A stretch of 7,017 nt of DNA, taken from assembly GCF_003334385.1 (NCBI RefSeq), contig NZ_QOWN01000074.1; one strand, 5' to 3'. This document shows positions 4,822 to 7,017 of this stretch, in pieces. The position numbers were made by a program, and so were the translations under genes. This stretch comes from Escherichia coli (GTDB lineage Bacteria; Pseudomonadota; Gammaproteobacteria; Enterobacterales; Enterobacteriaceae). The notes beneath the pieces were generated by a model that was not told the DNA's origin, did no database searches, and saw only the letters and a list, made by a program, of their open reading frames with translations. The stretch's first letter is position 1, and each line of letters begins with the position of its first letter.

Positions 4822-7017
4822 TTATGCCGGTAACTCCGGGGGTAATGCTTCTTCCAGTCGGTTAACCATATTGCCGAGATGGGATGCATCATATTCCATG
4901 ACGGGGCGTTGCCTGATGATACTGACCACCAGTGGTTTGATTAACATATTGGTCGCGGCCCGTTGTTGTATACCGGCGGCGAAAATGATCTCCAGAGCAT
5001 TCTGATCGATAACACGGGCCAGATTCTCGTTCAGATTTTCAATCTCATGTCCGGTCAGCAGGAAACTGCCGGCAAGCCATGTCACCTGCTCCTGAATCAT
5101 TGCCAGAATTTTGACGCGATCTTCTTCAACCAGCGCTCCGGCAATTTTTCCTGATACAGCGGAGGCAATCATTCCCCCCAGAACACCGCCAACCACACGC
5201 CCTGTCAGTGCACCAAATGGTCCCAGTGGACTGAACAGTATTCCGCCCGCCACTGACCCGACAGCACCACCTGCCACACCGGAAGATGCCACGGCAAGAT
5301 TCCTGATGAACTGCGTACCGGAGATCCGTCCCCGCAACATTTTGATCATGTCAGGGCCGGTTGTGACAGCTACCAGTGCCAGAGATGTCACCAGCGTACC
5401 CTTCATTACTTTGTTCAGGGCACTGATATTTCCTGCACCGTTCCCCTTCTGAAGAGCCAGTCGGACAGTCGGGCTGGCAGTCGAAAAATCAATGTGCTTC
5501 AGCATACCCTGAACAACACTGAGCCGGTGGAGTTGCTGGGTTGTGACGTAGACAGCCAGTGTGCGGGTGAAGGTTTTTCCTGCCTGGACAGCAGCTGTCT
5601 GCAGGGCAGCATCGCGATCGCCGGTGCTGAGCCAGAAGACCGATGCCGTCAGGGCAAAACTGATCCCTCCGGCCGCCAGACTGACAACCGAACCCTCGGC
5701 AATATCATAAGTGACCGATTCGATGGTCCCGAACCGGGTGATATTACGGGCCTGAGTATAAGTCAGATGTCCCCGACGAATCAGCCGGGACGCTTCTGCG
5801 GGATCGGTTACACCGGGTACTTTACCTTCGCGGATCTTATTCCTCATGGTTTCAACAGCGCCGGCATACTGATCACGGGGGACTTCCAGTTGCATGGGGC
5901 CATTATTTCCCATGTAACGATACTGTCCGTTTTGTCCGTCGAATGCCGCACCGACGCTACGGGCTGCAGTTGAACAATATTTCGTCTGGATTTCTGTTCC
6001 GCTGACCAGTCTGTCTGCTCCATTTCTGGCATTATTATCACCGAGGATCCGTGCGTTTTTCAGACGGACTCTGTCGACAATATGGTTTCCCCGTTCAGCG
6101 GCAAACCCATGTCCCTGCCCTCCGGAAGCAAACATTTTCTCATTTGTACTCCAGGTTTCCGGCAGTTTCATGAGAATCAGACCATTCGCCGTTGCATCGG
6201 AAATAAAGCTGTTGTAAGGGCGTTCATAAATTTCCTGACACAGTGTTTCTGTTTCGCGACAAAGAGAGGAGCAGTACCATTCCGGATCCGGCTTATGATT
6301 TTCCGGGGCATGATGTACTTCTGTCAGCCCGCAGGAGGCACAGATACGAAGCTCATCCACGTGATGGAATGATACAAAACGGCGACCTTCTGAAAAGGGA
6401 TACCAGTCACCGCCGTCCAGGCAACGATCGAGAAAATCGTCATTCGCTTCCGGTGATAAATTCAGGCGGTTCCGGAAGAGCGTTTTCAGTTCATCAGGTG
6501 TGAATGACAGGTTCTCTTTCAACTGTTCGTTAAACCCTGCCATGTTTCTTTCATACCAGGCATTGTTCAGTAACCAGTTTCCGTCTGCCAGTTCAAATTC
6601 CCTCAGCTCTCCCCGGGAAATCCGTTGAGAAATGAGCGTCAGCCAGATGCGCTCCGTCAGTGAGTCAGGAAGGCTGTAATCGTTTTGCAAACTGGTCAGC
6701 CACGATTTACTGTTGAGCACCGGTTGTTCTTCCAGTGTCTGGCTGATGGCACAGGTCAGTTTTTTCAGCGCCTGGATCTGGCTGGCCGCCCATAGCAGCG
6801 TCACTAATGCAGCCAGCCAGTACAACAACCCGCCCCACCACATCAGTGACGGTGAAATATCGTACTGTAACGCGATCAATGGTGCGCATGCAGAACACGC
6901 CATAAGGAAAAAGGCAGTATAAAAACAGCAGTAATACCCGTTAATTTCCTTGCTGATATCTTCTGGTGTGATCCCGTTCTGCTGAATGTTTTTGATCTGC
7001 AGGGGAACAGCCAGCAG
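4822..7017 (-). CDS. Large membrane protein of unknown function, 5'-truncated at the window edge (>=731 codons visible)
   Basis: Track ORF 4822..6903 (-) of 693 aa; the same frame stays open from 6904 to 7017 by my manual translation (...LLAVPLQIKNIQQNGITPEDISKEINGYYCCFYTAFFL-MACSAC...), so the true start is outside the window. Predicted N-terminal hydrophobic helices (6772..6843 and upstream). Cys cluster C-x2-C...C-x3-C...C at about 6238..6342. Further hydrophobic segments and a glycine-zipper-rich stretch SGVAGGAVGSVAGGILFSPLGPFGALTGRVVGGVLGGMIASAVSGKIAG at about 5134..5301. Stop TAA at 4822-4824. Occupies the slot held by YeeR/YfjW-type membrane proteins or Ag43 in K-12 islands, but I cannot confirm homology to those. 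Confidence 0.7.
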   Translation of the reverse strand: MLAVPLQIKNIQQNGITPEDISKEINGYYCCFYTAFFLMACSACAPLIALQYDISPSLMWWGGLLYWLAALVTLLWAASQIQALKKLTCAISQTLEEQPVLNSKSWLTSLQNDYSLPDSLTERIWLTLISQRISRGELREFELADGNWLLNNAWYERNMAGFNEQLKENLSFTPDELKTLFRNRLNLSPEANDDFLDRCLDGGDWYPFSEGRRFVSFHHVDELRICASCGLTEVHHAPENHKPDPEWYCSSLCRETETLCQEIYERPYNSFISDATANGLILMKLPETWSTNEKMFASGGQGHGFAAERGNHIVDRVRLKNARILGDNNARNGADRLVSGTEIQTKYCSTAARSVGAAFDGQNGQYRYMGNNGPMQLEVPRDQYAGAVETMRNKIREGKVPGVTDPAEASRLIRRGHLTYTQARNITRFGTIESVTYDIAEGSVVSLAAGGISFALTASVFWLSTGDRDAALQTAAVQAGKTFTRTLAVYVTTQQLHRLSVVQGMLKHIDFSTASPTVRLALQKGNGAGNISALNKVMKGTLVTSLALVAVTTGPDMIKMLRGRISGTQFIRNLAVASSGVAGGAVGSVAGGILFSPLGPFGALTGRVVGGVLGGMIASAVSGKIAGALVEEDRVKILAMIQEQVTWLAGSFLLTGHEIENLNENLARVIDQNALEIIFAAGIQQRAATNMLIKPLVVSIIRQRPVMEYDASHLGNMVNRLEEALPPELPA

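Noticed and set aside
5111-5452. Plus-strand proline-rich ORF (113 aa)
   Set aside because: Mirror image of the glycine-rich coding stretch of the large minus-strand protein (Gly codons read as Pro on the reverse complement); an artefact.
5494-5973. Plus-strand ORF (159 aa) inside the large membrane protein gene
   Set aside because: Antisense to the large minus-strand ORF, with no motif or RBS support. The same applies to plus-strand ORFs 4963..5154, 6082..6372, 6243..6503 and 6713..6922, and to minus-strand out-of-frame ORFs 5844..6041 and 6707..6898.
1-7017. Screen for tRNA, rRNA, CRISPR repeats, IS elements and integrase
   Set aside because: No regularly spaced direct repeats, no tRNA-like cloverleaf region, and no transposase or integrase-like ORF noticed; island boundaries cannot be determined from this window.

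Overview
All supportable genes in this window lie on the minus strand and form two blocks typical of an enterobacterial (E. coli-like) prophage-like integrative island. Block 1 (56..3879) is the conserved CP4-44/CP4-57/CP4-6-type module, in transcription order: DUF932 protein, ArdB/KlcA-like antirestriction protein, RadC-like JAB/JAMM protein, DUF987 protein, CbeA-family antitoxin, CbtA-family toxin, DUF5983-like protein, DUF957-like protein. Block 2 (3979..7017) is variable cargo: a large membrane protein truncated at the window edge (>=731 codons visible) with no family I can name, then a 151-aa signal-peptide protein, then a DUF905-like small protein, with two minus-strand rho-independent terminators delimiting units. 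The large membrane protein plus secreted protein pair is the best candidate for an undescribed system. No tRNA, rRNA, CRISPR array, IS element or integrase is visible. Family assignments come from recall of protein sequences and gene order, not from a database search. The long plus-strand ORFs are antisense artefacts.
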